Origin: Christensenellales bacterium
GTDB lineage: Bacteria; Bacillota; Clostridia; Christensenellales; UBA1431
Direction: 5' to 3'
Length of the DNA: 64,000 nucleotides
NCBI GenBank assembly: GCA_040772545.1
Contig: JAXGXY010000002.1
Location: 166,521-230,520, forward strand
Position numbers and translations under genes: made by a program. Each line of letters begins with the position of its first letter. The stretch's first letter is position 1. The notes beneath the pieces are model-generated. The model saw nothing but the letters and a program-made list of their open reading frames with translations, searched no databases and was not told the DNA's origin. This document shows, piece after piece, positions 1 to 9,362 of the stretch.

Positions 1-2
1 AA

Positions 3-2024
3 GAGATCCTGTCGTGCAAAACGAACTACGAAATGACCGAGCTGCTCTCTTTTTTTGCGTACAAAGTTTCGATGACGGATTTCCCGGACGTGAGCGGACA
101 GGCGCTAAACGGGCTGCCAAAGCTCCTGCAGGAAGACGCCCTCGTGAATTCGCCCGTCTCCATGGACGCCCAAACGATCTGCGGCGTCTGCCGGAAAGCT
201 TTTGCCGGAGATGAATTTTGGCGCCGGGCCGTATTGCCCCGCGGGCCGAAAGGCATACATGACTGGGAATCTTTCGTCCGTTACTGGAAAGCCTGCCTGT
301 ACGAATCCGTATTAATGGAGATCAGGAAGATTGGCCTGGAATTACTCGATGAAACCGTGCGCATCTGCGAAGAAACCGGCCTTCAATATTTTTTGTCTTA
401 CGGCACGTTGTTGGGCGCGGCGCGCTGCGAAGGGTTTTTGCCCTGGGACTACAGCATCGAAGTTTCGATGCCGCGCGGGGACTATGAGCGGTTCATCGCC
501 GTTGCTGTTCAACAGATGCGGCCGGGATATTACATCCATTACAGCGGAAACGACCCGTATTGCTGGTTCGATTGCGTACGCGTGTGCAAGGAAGGCACAC
601 ATCTGGAGAGGAAGAAAGACCGGTTCTTCTATGCGAGGAAACGGGGCGTCTATATAAGCGTCTATCCTGTGGACAACCTTAAATATGGAACGAGTTCCCT
701 CATTTCCATGCGCTACAGGATATGCAGGGGGCTATCCGGCATCATCCATTGCAGGCTCAATCCAAGGAGCAGGAAACTGCGTCTGAGGGGGCGCGTCATA
801 CTGCGGCTTTCGCGCGTGTTCCCGATACAAAGGCTCCACGCCATGCGGCATCGTATTCCGGGCAGGCGCCGCAAAGGCGATTTCGCCCTGCTGGGCTGCC
901 GTTACGCGCTGGAAAGGGAAGCCGTACACAAAAAATTGATCTATCCGCTTGAGAAAATGGAATTCGAAGGCGGGCGGTATAACGTCCCGCGGGATTGGGA
1001 TTCGGTCCTTAAAAGGCTTTACGGCGATTACGAAGCGTTTCCGCTCTCAGGAGTTCTTTTGCCTCCCAAGCCTTTGAGGGTCGGCTTTGGGCCCGGGAAG
1101 ATGATTTCGCTGTTCGAACCGAAGACCCCGAAAACCAGAAAGCAGGGGAAGGGGCGCCTGTCCTTTAAAGCCCGCGTACGAAGAACAATACGCAGAAACA
1201 CGGGGCGCCTGAAAAAACTGCTGCGGCGGACGGGTACCCGCATAGGCGGTTTCTTCCGCTTAAAGGGGCTCATGATCAGCCGAAACAGCCGCACGCTCGC
1301 GTCCTACCGCGACAAATACGCGGGGCAGCGCTGTTTCCTTATCGGGAACGGCCCGAGCCTGAAGGCGGAGGACCTGGACAGGCTCAAAGGCGAAATCACT
1401 TTCGGCTGCAACCTGATATATAAGATTTTCGACCAGACGTCCTGGCGGCCGACATTCTACTGTGTCTCGGACAGCACGATTACCAGGATCCATTCCCGTG
1501 ATATAATGGACAACATGGACGGTTCGCAGTTGATGATCCGGGAGTTTGCGTTCCGGTACATGCACGTGCGGCCGTGGGACGCGGTACGGCTGCCCTACGT
1601 CTCCGTCGACCGGTACAAGGTCCGGGGCAATATCCTGGCCTACCACTACATTTCCCACGCGACGGTGATGAGCATGATGATGGAGCTCGCGTTTTTCATG
1701 GGCTTTAAGGAAATATACCTCATCGGCGTCGACGGGACGAGCGCTTCGGCAAAGGGAGGGCACTTCACCGACCACTACTTCGGCAAACAGTTGAAAGCCT
1801 ATGCCGATCAGGTTAAACAGAGGGTGATCGCGGATTACGACCCGAAAGCGCGCGCCGCGTACCTCCAGACAAGGACCCTCGACGTCTTCGCAAAACTGCG
1901 GGAACATGCCGAAAAGCGCGGGATCAGAATCTTCAACGCCACCAGGGGAGGCGTCGTGGAAGTGTTCGAAAGGGCCGATTTCGATGAGGTCACAGAAACA
2001 GAAAAGAAGGATTTGAAACAATGA
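3..2024 (+). CDS. LicD-family domain (degenerate) fused to C-terminal DUF115/Maf-like glycosyltransferase domain; 5' end lies upstream of the window
   Basis: Frame is open to the window edge (EILSCKTNYE precedes M at 33). LicD-like YGTLLGAAR..GFLPWD and YLxxLYGDY-like LKRLYGDY. C-terminal RCFLIGNGPSL, TFGCN, WRPTFY, GFKEIYLIGVD and IFNATRGG motifs. Confidence 0.75.
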   Translation, partial: EILSCKTNYEMTELLSFFAYKVSMTDFPDVSGQALNGLPKLLQEDALVNSPVSMDAQTICGVCRKAFAGDEFWRRAVLPRGPKGIHDWESFVRYWKACLYESVLMEIRKIGLELLDETVRICEETGLQYFLSYGTLLGAARCEGFLPWDYSIEVSMPRGDYERFIAVAVQQMRPGYYIHYSGNDPYCWFDCVRVCKEGTHLERKKDRFFYARKRGVYISVYPVDNLKYGTSSLISMRYRICRGLSGIIHCRLNPRSRKLRLRGRVILRLSRVFPIQRLHAMRHRIPGRRRKGDFALLGCRYALEREAVHKKLIYPLEKMEFEGGRYNVPRDWDSVLKRLYGDYEAFPLSGVLLPPKPLRVGFGPGKMISLFEPKTPKTRKQGKGRLSFKARVRRTIRRNTGRLKKLLRRTGTRIGGFFRLKGLMISRNSRTLASYRDKYAGQRCFLIGNGPSLKAEDLDRLKGEITFGCNLIYKIFDQTSWRPTFYCVSDSTITRIHSRDIMDNMDGSQLMIREFAFRYMHVRPWDAVRLPYVSVDRYKVRGNILAYHYISHATVMSMMMELAFFMGFKEIYLIGVDGTSASAKGGHFTDHYFGKQLKAYADQVKQRVIADYDPKARAAYLQTRTLDVFAKLREHAEKRGIRIFNATRGGVVEVFERADFDEVTETEKKDLKQ

Positions 2025-3001
2025 AGAAGGTCATGGTCACCGGCGCAGACGGGTTCATCGGGAGCCACCTCGCCGAAACGCTGGTCAGCGAGGGCTACCG
2101 GGTCAAGGCGTTCGTGTATTACAATTCTTTCAATTCGCTGGGATGGCTCGACACGTCCCCGAAGGAGATTCTGGACGAAATAGAGGTTTTCTCCGGCGAC
2201 ATCCGCGACCCCAACGGCGTGCGGCAGGCGATGAAAGGGGTCGACGGGGTGTTCCATCTGGCGGCGCTGATCGCGATACCGTTCAGCTATCATTCGCCCG
2301 ATTCCTATGTGGACACCAACATCAAGGGGACGTTGAACGTGCTGCAGGCCGCGCGCGATCTGGGGACGGCCCGCCTGCTCATCACTTCCACTTCCGAAGT
2401 GTACGGCACGGCCCAGTACGTCCCTATCGACGAAAAGCATCCCTATCAGGGGCAGTCGCCGTATTCCGCCACCAAAATAGGCGCGGACAGGCTGGCGGAA
2501 AGCTTTTACCGCAGCTTCGGCCTGCCCATCACGATCGTGCGCCCTTTCAACACGTACGGGCCCAGGCAGTCCGCAAGGGCGGTGCTGCCCACCATCATCA
2601 CCCAGCTGCTCAGCGGGAAAGAGGAGATCAAGCTCGGCGCCCTCACCCCGACCCGCGATTTCAACTACGTGAAGGACACCGTAGACGGCTTTATCGCGAT
2701 AGCCGGGGCACAGAACACCGTCGGGGAGGAGATCAACATCGCCACGCAGACGGAGATCTCCATCGGGGACGCGGCCAGGGAGATCATCAGGCTGATCAAC
2801 CCCGGGGCCGGGATCGTCTGCGACGAACAGCGCCTGCGCCCCGAGAAGAGCGAGGTGAACCGCCTGCTTGGGTCGAACGAGAAGATCAGGGAACTGACCC
2901 GCTGGCGCCCCCGGTACACGTTTTCGCAGGGCATCGCGGAAACGATCGAATGGATGAAGGAGAACTTGGACAGGTACAAGGCGGACATATATAATATATA
3001 G
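2021..3001 (+). CDS. legB: NAD-dependent nucleotide-sugar 4,6-dehydratase, LegB type
   Basis: TGADGFIGSHL, HLAALIAIPFSYHSP, TSTSEVYGTA, QSPYSATK and RPEKSEV motifs. Confidence 0.85.
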   Translation: MKKVMVTGADGFIGSHLAETLVSEGYRVKAFVYYNSFNSLGWLDTSPKEILDEIEVFSGDIRDPNGVRQAMKGVDGVFHLAALIAIPFSYHSPDSYVDTNIKGTLNVLQAARDLGTARLLITSTSEVYGTAQYVPIDEKHPYQGQSPYSATKIGADRLAESFYRSFGLPITIVRPFNTYGPRQSARAVLPTIITQLLSGKEEIKLGALTPTRDFNYVKDTVDGFIAIAGAQNTVGEEINIATQTEISIGDAAREIIRLINPGAGIVCDEQRLRPEKSEVNRLLGSNEKIRELTRWRPRYTFSQGIAETIEWMKENLDRYKADIYNI

Positions 3002-3047
3002 CAGATACAACCGGTAACGGTAAAACGAACGGGAAAGGTCGTATAGC

Positions 3048-4181
3048 ATGGACAGGTTCATCCCTCTGTCGGTCCCCAACATCAAAGGCAACGAACAAAG
3101 CTACGTCGACGATGCGCTGGCCCTCGAATGGGTTTCCACCGGCGGCGCGTACATCACCCGGATGGAGAAAGCCGTCGCGGAGTATACGAAGACGCCCGAA
3201 GCCGTGGCCTGCCAGTCGGGCACGGCGGCGCTGCACCTGTCCCTGATCTGCTGCGGCGTGGAGCCGGGGGATGAGGTGATCGTGCCGACGCTGACGTTCG
3301 TAGCGGCGGTGAACCCCGTGAAATACGCCGGCGCCGAACCGGTGTTCATGGACTGTGACGACTCGCTGTGCATGGACATGGACAAGCTGGCGCTGTTTTT
3401 CGAGGAGGAATGCGACCATACCGGGGGCTCGCTTACCGACAGGCGGACGGGGCGGCGGATAGCGGCCGTTATAGTGGTCCACGTGTTCGGCAACATCGCG
3501 GACATGGAAAAGCTCATGGACATGGGTAAGCGCTACGGTTTTCCCGTGATCGAGGACGCGACCGAAGCCCTGGGGAGCCGGGTCGAAAAGGGCAGGTACG
3601 CCGGGCGTTTCGCGGGCACCATAGGCGACATCGGCGCGTATTCGTTCAACGGCAACAAGATCATTACTACCGGCGGCGGGGGCATGATCGTGTCCTCCCG
3701 CCCCGGATGGCTCGACCGCGCGAGATACCTCTCGACGCAGGCCAAGGACGACCCTGTGTATTTCGTGCACAACGCAATCGGGTACAATTACAGGATGACC
3801 AACGTGCAGGCCGCCATTGGCGTGGGCCAGATGGAACGGCTGGAAGACTTCATCGAAACCAAGCGGAAAAACTACCGGTGTTATATCGAAAACGGCATCC
3901 CTCTGCTGCCCTTCAGGGAAGGCACACGCCCCAACTACTGGTTCTACAGCCACCTGAGCGAAAGGCGCGACGAGCTCGTTGGCTACCTCGACCGAAACCG
4001 CATCCAGTCGCGGCCGGTGTGGCGCCTGATCCACACGCTTAAGCCGTATGAGGACTGCCGGAGCTACCGCATGGAAAAAGCGCCGTATTACGGAGACAGG
4101 ATCATCAACCTGCCCTGCAGCACGAATCTTTCGGAGCGGGAAGTTGCCCGTGTTGCGCGGACGATCAAACAGTTCGGATGA
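3048..4181 (+). CDS. legC: LegC-family DegT/DnrJ PLP aminotransferase
   Basis: SGTAALHL, EDATEALGS, SFNGNKIITTGGGG and GYNYRMTN motifs; follows legB. Confidence 0.85.
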   Translation: MDRFIPLSVPNIKGNEQSYVDDALALEWVSTGGAYITRMEKAVAEYTKTPEAVACQSGTAALHLSLICCGVEPGDEVIVPTLTFVAAVNPVKYAGAEPVFMDCDDSLCMDMDKLALFFEEECDHTGGSLTDRRTGRRIAAVIVVHVFGNIADMEKLMDMGKRYGFPVIEDATEALGSRVEKGRYAGRFAGTIGDIGAYSFNGNKIITTGGGGMIVSSRPGWLDRARYLSTQAKDDPVYFVHNAIGYNYRMTNVQAAIGVGQMERLEDFIETKRKNYRCYIENGIPLLPFREGTRPNYWFYSHLSERRDELVGYLDRNRIQSRPVWRLIHTLKPYEDCRSYRMEKAPYYGDRIINLPCSTNLSEREVARVARTIKQFG

Positions 4182-4199
4182 ATCGGAGGTGAACCGGCT

Positions 4200-5255
4200 G
4201 TGCGGGATATAAAGGAATACATGATCCCACCGTCCATGAAAGTGATAGAGGCCATGTCCGCGATCGACAGGATCGGGGAAGGCATCGCTTTCGTCTGCGA
4301 GGAAGAACGCCTTTTGGGCACCCTGTCCGACGGCGACGTCCGCAGGCACATCCTGCGCGGGGGTGACCTTGGCGCCTGCGTGTCGAATGTCGCCAACCCG
4401 AACTTCAGGTACCTCAACCCCGAGGACATCTCGTCGGCGCAGGAGATCATGCAGCGCCACAAGCTGCGGGCCATCCCCGTGCTGGACGAGCGCGACCGGC
4501 TCATCTCGATCTGTTTTGCAAACAACGTCGTCGTCCGCTCGGGATCGAAACTGGGCCTGCCGGTCGTCATCATGGCCGGAGGCAAGGGCACGAGGCTCCA
4601 TCCCTACACGAAGGTGCTGCCCAAACCGCTGATACCCATCGGCGACATCCCCATCACCATGCACATCATGCAGAACTTCGCCGCCTACGGCTGCAAAGCG
4701 TTCACGATGATCGTCAACCACCAGAAAGAGCTCATCAAGGCCTATTTTTCCGACATCGACGCGCCTTTTTCCGTCGACTACGCGGAAGAGTCCAAGCCGC
4801 TGGGGACGGGCGGCGGGCTCAAGCTCCTCGAGGGGAGGATAGAAACCACCTTTTTCATGACCAACTGCGACATTATCGTCGAGGCGGATTATGCCGACAT
4901 CATCCGCTACCACAGGAAGAACGAAAACCTCGTGACCATGGTATGCGCGGTGAAAAAAGTGACCGTTCCCTACGGGACGGTCAAGCTCGACCCCAACGGC
5001 CTGATCGAAGACATCGTCGAGAAGCCCACCTTTTCGTTTCTGACCAACACGGGGTTCTATGTCGTCGAGCCGCGCGTGTTCGATTACATCCCGGAAGGCG
5101 CCTTCATCCATATCACCGACATCATCGAGCGCTGCTCGGCCGGGGGGGAAAGGGTAGGGGTCTACCCGGTCGCCGAGAGCCAGTGGATGGACATGGGACA
5201 GCTCGACGAGATGGAGAAGATGCTCGAGAGGAGGGGAGGGCGCACAGGTGAGTAA
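4200..5255 (+). CDS. CBS-domain sugar-phosphate nucleotidyltransferase (PtmE-like)
   Basis: N-terminal CBS pair (GTLSDGDVRR) plus MAGGKGTRL...PKPL and PLGTGG. Confidence 0.85.
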   Translation: MRDIKEYMIPPSMKVIEAMSAIDRIGEGIAFVCEEERLLGTLSDGDVRRHILRGGDLGACVSNVANPNFRYLNPEDISSAQEIMQRHKLRAIPVLDERDRLISICFANNVVVRSGSKLGLPVVIMAGGKGTRLHPYTKVLPKPLIPIGDIPITMHIMQNFAAYGCKAFTMIVNHQKELIKAYFSDIDAPFSVDYAEESKPLGTGGGLKLLEGRIETTFFMTNCDIIVEADYADIIRYHRKNENLVTMVCAVKKVTVPYGTVKLDPNGLIEDIVEKPTFSFLTNTGFYVVEPRVFDYIPEGAFIHITDIIERCSAGGERVGVYPVAESQWMDMGQLDEMEKMLERRGGRTGE

Positions 5256-5889
5256 CAAGCTGCTGCTCCTGGGCGGCGGCGGGCACTGCCGCTCGGTGCT
5301 GGCCTGTCTGGACAGGAGCCGCTACGAGGATGTTGTCATTCTGGACCACGAATCGAATCTCGGCAAAGCGGTGGACGGCGTCCGCATCGCCGGGACCGAC
5401 GGCGATCTCGAGCGGCTGTATGAGTTAGGCTACAGGGAGGCGTTCATAACGCTGGGCGGCGCCCGTGCTCACAGCCGCCGGGGCGACCTCTATGCGATTC
5501 TTGAAAGGATCGGGTTTGACATGCCCGTCATCGTTGACCCCACGGCCGCGATAGCGGATACCGCGGCCCTTCGACAGGGCGTTTTCGTCGGCAAGAACGC
5601 CGTGGTCAACGCGGGCGCCGCCGTGGGCGCGTGCGCCATCATCAACACCGGGGCCATCGTGGAACACGACTGCGTCATAGGCGCGTTTTCGCATATAGCC
5701 ACCGGCGCGGTGCTTTCGGGGAACGTGAAGATCGGCCGCGGCACGCATGTGGGGGCGGGCGCGAGCGTGCGGCAGGGCGTAAGCATCGGCGACAATACGA
5801 CGGTGGGAATGGGCAGCGTGGTCCTTAGCGACCTTCCCGACGGCTGCACGGCCTACGGCGTGCCCTGCAGGAAGGCGGAGCGGCCATGA
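5248..5889 (+). CDS. NeuD/PglD-family hexapeptide-repeat acetyltransferase
   Basis: GGGGH start, INTGAIVEHDC, left-handed beta-helix repeats, GVPC end. Confidence 0.85.
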   Translation: MSNKLLLLGGGGHCRSVLACLDRSRYEDVVILDHESNLGKAVDGVRIAGTDGDLERLYELGYREAFITLGGARAHSRRGDLYAILERIGFDMPVIVDPTAAIADTAALRQGVFVGKNAVVNAGAAVGACAIINTGAIVEHDCVIGAFSHIATGAVLSGNVKIGRGTHVGAGASVRQGVSIGDNTTVGMGSVVLSDLPDGCTAYGVPCRKAERP

Positions 5890-6884
5890 GCAGGGCGTTG
5901 ATCATCGCGGAAGCGGGCGTCAACCACAACGGCGACGCGGCGCTTGCGAAGGAAATGATCGCCTGTGCCGCAGAGTGCGGCGCGGACATGATTAAGTTCC
6001 AGACGTTCGTGCCCGGGCGCATGGTCGCGGCGTCGGCCCAAAAAGCCGGGTATCAGCGGCAGGCAACAGGCGGCGCCGAGTCGCAGCTCGAGATGCTAAA
6101 AAGGCTTATACTGCCCGCCGGCGCCTATCCAAAGCTTAAGGAAGCGTGCGCGAGGCACGGGATCGGCTTCCTGTCCACGCCTTTCGACCTTGAGAGCGTC
6201 GCTTTCCTCGCGAGCATCGGGATGGGGCTGTGGAAGGTCCCTTCCGGGGAGATCACGAACCTGCCCTACCTGATCCGCATCGCCCGTACCGGTAAGCCGG
6301 TCATCCTCTCGACCGGGATGAGCACGATGAAAGAGGTCGCCGACGCGGTGGACATACTCAGGGCCCACGGCGCGGACGGCATCACCCTGCTGCACTGCAC
6401 GACGGAGTACCCGGCGCCCTATGAGGACGTGAACCTTCGCGCGATGGTGGCGCTGAGGGACAGGTTCGGCCTTCCGGCCGGGTATTCCGACCACACTCAA
6501 GGCATCGAGATACCCATAGCCGCCGCCGCGCTGGGCGCGGCCGTCATCGAAAAGCATTTCACCCTGGACAGGCACATGCCGGGGCCGGACCACATGGCGA
6601 GCCTGGAACCGGGGGAACTCGCGGCGATGGTGCGCGGGATCAGGAAGGTGGAAGCGGCCATGGGGACGGGGGAGAAAGCCCCTTCGCCGTCCGAGGCGAA
6701 GAACCTGGCCGTGGTGCGAAAGAGCATCGTCGCCGCCTGTCCGATCAAAAAAGGCGAGGCGTTCACGGAAGCGAACCTGTGCGCGAAAAGGCCGGGGACC
6801 GGCGTCTCGCCCATGCGCTGGTACGAGGTGCTGGGCAAGAAAGCCAAACGGGACTATATGGAGGACGAGCTGATCGAATTATGA
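5886..6884 (+). CDS. neuB: Nonulosonic acid synthase (NeuB/LegI) with C-terminal SAF domain
   Basis: IIAEAGVNHNG, KFQT, STPFD, YSDHT, IEKHFTLD and KRPGTG motifs. Confidence 0.9.
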   Translation: MSRALIIAEAGVNHNGDAALAKEMIACAAECGADMIKFQTFVPGRMVAASAQKAGYQRQATGGAESQLEMLKRLILPAGAYPKLKEACARHGIGFLSTPFDLESVAFLASIGMGLWKVPSGEITNLPYLIRIARTGKPVILSTGMSTMKEVADAVDILRAHGADGITLLHCTTEYPAPYEDVNLRAMVALRDRFGLPAGYSDHTQGIEIPIAAAALGAAVIEKHFTLDRHMPGPDHMASLEPGELAAMVRGIRKVEAAMGTGEKAPSPSEAKNLAVVRKSIVAACPIKKGEAFTEANLCAKRPGTGVSPMRWYEVLGKKAKRDYMEDELIEL

Positions 6885-8053
6885 AAAAGACCGTATGCAT
6901 CATGACCGCGACGCGGGCCGAATGGGGGCTGCTTCGGCCGGTCGCCGGGCGGATCAGGATGAAGGAGGGGCTGGAACTGGTGCTGGCCGTGACCGGCACG
7001 CATTTCCTGGCCGAGTACGGGAACACGTACGAAGACATACTCTCGGACGGATTCGCCATCGACGAGAGGGTGGATATCCAGCTCTATCCCCAGAGCCCCG
7101 CGGCCGTGAGCAAGACCATGGCGCTGGCCCTGCTGGGCTTTGCTGACCTGTTCGCGCGCAGGCGGATCGATATGCTGATCGTACTGGGGGACCGCTACGA
7201 AACGCTGGCCGTTTGCATGGCCGCGATGAGCGCACGCGTCCCGATCGCCCACCTGCACGGCGGGGAGACCACGGAGGGCGCGATGGACGAGGGCATCCGC
7301 CACGCCGTAACGAAGCTCGCCAGCCTGCATTTCACCAGCAACGAAAGCCACCGCAGGCGCGTGATACAGATGGGCGAGCGGCCCGAGCGCGTGTTCAACA
7401 CCGGCGCCCCCGGCATCGACAACATCCTTGGCATGGAACTGTTATCTAGAGACGGGCTAGCCGAGGCGCTGGGGTTTGACCTTACGGGCCCGTACGGGGT
7501 CGTCGCCTTCCATCCGGCCACGCTGGAGGGGGACGCAGAGGCGCAGTGCCGGGCGGTGTTCGACGCGCTTTCTGCTTTCCCGTACCTTCGTTTCATCATC
7601 ACGAAATCCAACGCGGACGAGGGCGGGAACGCGATCAACGCCCTGATCGACCGATACGCGGGCAAGAGGGAAAACGTCCTGGCCGCGGCGTCGCTGGGGA
7701 GCCTGAAGTACCTGAGCGCGCTCAAACACGCCGCCGTGATGGTGGGCAACTCCTCGAGCGGGATCATCGAAGCGCCGTATTTCAACGTCCCCGTCGTGAA
7801 CGTGGGCGACCGGCAAAAAGGGCGGATGCAGGCCGAAGGCACGCTCAACTGCCCGACGGAATCGCAGGCGATCGCCGCGGCGATGCAGAGGGCGCTCGCC
7901 CCCGGTTTCAGGGAAGGGCTTCGCAATAAGAACCTCTACGGGGACGGCAACGCCGCAAAACGCATCGCGGACATCGTGGACGAGCAGCTTCGCGCCGGCC
8001 CGGTCGGTCTCAGGAAGTCCTTTTACGATATCGAATTCAACAGCGTACGGTAA
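6881..8053 (+). CDS. neuC: Hydrolysing NDP-sugar 2-epimerase (NeuC/LegG)
   Basis: ATG at 6881 overlaps the neuB stop (ATGA). TATRAEWG, LGDRYE, HGGE, GNSSSGIIE, GDRQKGR and YGDG motifs. Confidence 0.9.
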   Translation: MKKTVCIMTATRAEWGLLRPVAGRIRMKEGLELVLAVTGTHFLAEYGNTYEDILSDGFAIDERVDIQLYPQSPAAVSKTMALALLGFADLFARRRIDMLIVLGDRYETLAVCMAAMSARVPIAHLHGGETTEGAMDEGIRHAVTKLASLHFTSNESHRRRVIQMGERPERVFNTGAPGIDNILGMELLSRDGLAEALGFDLTGPYGVVAFHPATLEGDAEAQCRAVFDALSAFPYLRFIITKSNADEGGNAINALIDRYAGKRENVLAAASLGSLKYLSALKHAAVMVGNSSSGIIEAPYFNVPVVNVGDRQKGRMQAEGTLNCPTESQAIAAAMQRALAPGFREGLRNKNLYGDGNAAKRIADIVDEQLRAGPVGLRKSFYDIEFNSVR

Positions 8054-8073
8054 AGAAGGCAGGTTTGCATACG

Positions 8074-8769
8074 ATGCGCAATATTGCGGTCATCCCCGCA
8101 AGGAGCGGCTCAAAAGGCGTTAAGGACAAAAATATCAGGCTATTGAACGGCAAACCGCTGATGGCTTACACCATCGAGGCGGCCATCGGCTCCGGGGTTT
8201 TCGATACGGTCTTCGTTTCCACGGATTCCGAAAAATACGCGAAGGTAGCGCGGGCCTGCGGCGCCGAGGTCCCGTTTTTGCGGAGCGAAGCGTTGTCGAC
8301 GGACACGGCCGCTTCGCGGGATGCGGTTTTGGAGGCCCTCCAAGTATTCGCAAGGCGCGGAAAAACGTTTGACACCGTCGCCCTTCTCCAACCCACGTCC
8401 CCGCTCCGGACCGGGCAGGATATTATAAACGGGTATGCGCTGATGGAAGAAAAAGATGCGGACTGCATCGTGGGGGTGTGCGAGGCGGAGCATTCGCCGC
8501 TATGGTGCAACACCCTGCCTCCCGACGGGTCTTTGAAAGGGTTTATCAGGGAGGGTCTGATCGGGGTGCCCAGGCAGGAACTGGAGCCCTACTACCGTGT
8601 CAACGGCGCGCTGTATATTATCAGGTGCGACTATTTCATAAGAGGCGGAAGCCTTTACGGCGACCGTTCCTATGCGTACGTCATGGGCAGGGCGCACTCC
8701 GTCGATATAGACGACGAACTCGACTTTGCGGTTGCGGCCGCCCTTTTGAGCGGCAGGGAAGGCGGCTGA
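8074..8769 (+). CDS. neuA: Acylneuraminate cytidylyltransferase (NeuA/LegF)
   Basis: IPARSGSKGVKDKN, LLQPTSPLR, NGALY and SVDIDD motifs; alternative TTG start at 8065. Confidence 0.9.
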   Translation: MRNIAVIPARSGSKGVKDKNIRLLNGKPLMAYTIEAAIGSGVFDTVFVSTDSEKYAKVARACGAEVPFLRSEALSTDTAASRDAVLEALQVFARRGKTFDTVALLQPTSPLRTGQDIINGYALMEEKDADCIVGVCEAEHSPLWCNTLPPDGSLKGFIREGLIGVPRQELEPYYRVNGALYIIRCDYFIRGGSLYGDRSYAYVMGRAHSVDIDDELDFAVAAALLSGREGG

Positions 8770-8812
8770 GGAAAATAGCGGGCGGAAGCATCCTGCCTAA
8801 GGCATCAAAAGA

Positions 8813-8841
8813 TTGTACGAACATCCGCTTTATGATATGCT
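8813..8841 (+). promoter_or_regulatory. Putative sigma-A promoter for the ACP-FabG module
   Basis: TTGTAC-17 nt-TATGCT with an extended TG at 8833-8834, in an AT-richer gap. Confidence 0.45.
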
Positions 8842-8906
8842 CATTCAATAGGGCTTCGGGGAAGTCTGTCCGCAATTAAACATTTTCGGTGTCGAGAGGA
8901 TAGATC

Positions 8907-9146
8907 ATGACCAATCTGGAGAAGTACAACAAGACCTTCATGGAGATATTAAATGTCGAGGCATCGGAACTCAACGCGGGTTTCGGTTTCCAGACCGTTA
9001 GCAACTGGGATTCCATCGCGCATATGACCCTGGTGAGCACCTTTGAGGACATGTTCGACATCATGCTGGACACGGAGGACATACTCAATTTCGTTTCGTA
9101 CGAGGCCGGCAAGGAGATCCTTGCCAAGTACGGCATAGAGATATAG
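8907..9146 (+). CDS. Acyl carrier protein
   Basis: 79 aa, acidic, WDS(I)AHM phosphopantetheine serine motif. Confidence 0.85.
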   Translation: MTNLEKYNKTFMEILNVEASELNAGFGFQTVSNWDSIAHMTLVSTFEDMFDIMLDTEDILNFVSYEAGKEILAKYGIEI

Positions 9147-9338
9147 CCAAACGAGGTGAAGCTTCCCGGGGGTATGGGGGGCCGCAGTCCCCCATCTTCA
9201 ATCCGATCTGACGACATGTGCGTCAGATCGGCGAGGAAATGCCGCCTTAAGCGGTATTTCAACCGGCAAGAAAGCTACTGACAAACCGAAGGTTTGTCGG
9301 TAGCCATCGGCAAGGAGAACCTTGCCAAGTACGGCATA
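9107..9338. repeat. 31-bp direct repeat (9107-9137 and 9308-9338, 1 mismatch) enclosing four tandem hairpins
   Basis: CGGCAAGGAGA(T/A)CCTTGCCAAGTACGGCATA occurs twice. Stems at 9174-9195, 9203-9231, 9236-9260 and 9274-9304. Confidence 0.85.
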
Positions 9339-9362
9339 TCTGATTCGACGGGGGTGAAGGTT

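Noticed and set aside
9107..9338. Mini CRISPR array
   Set aside because: Only two repeats, a 170-nt spacer, the repeat is coding sequence of the ACP gene, and there are no cas genes.
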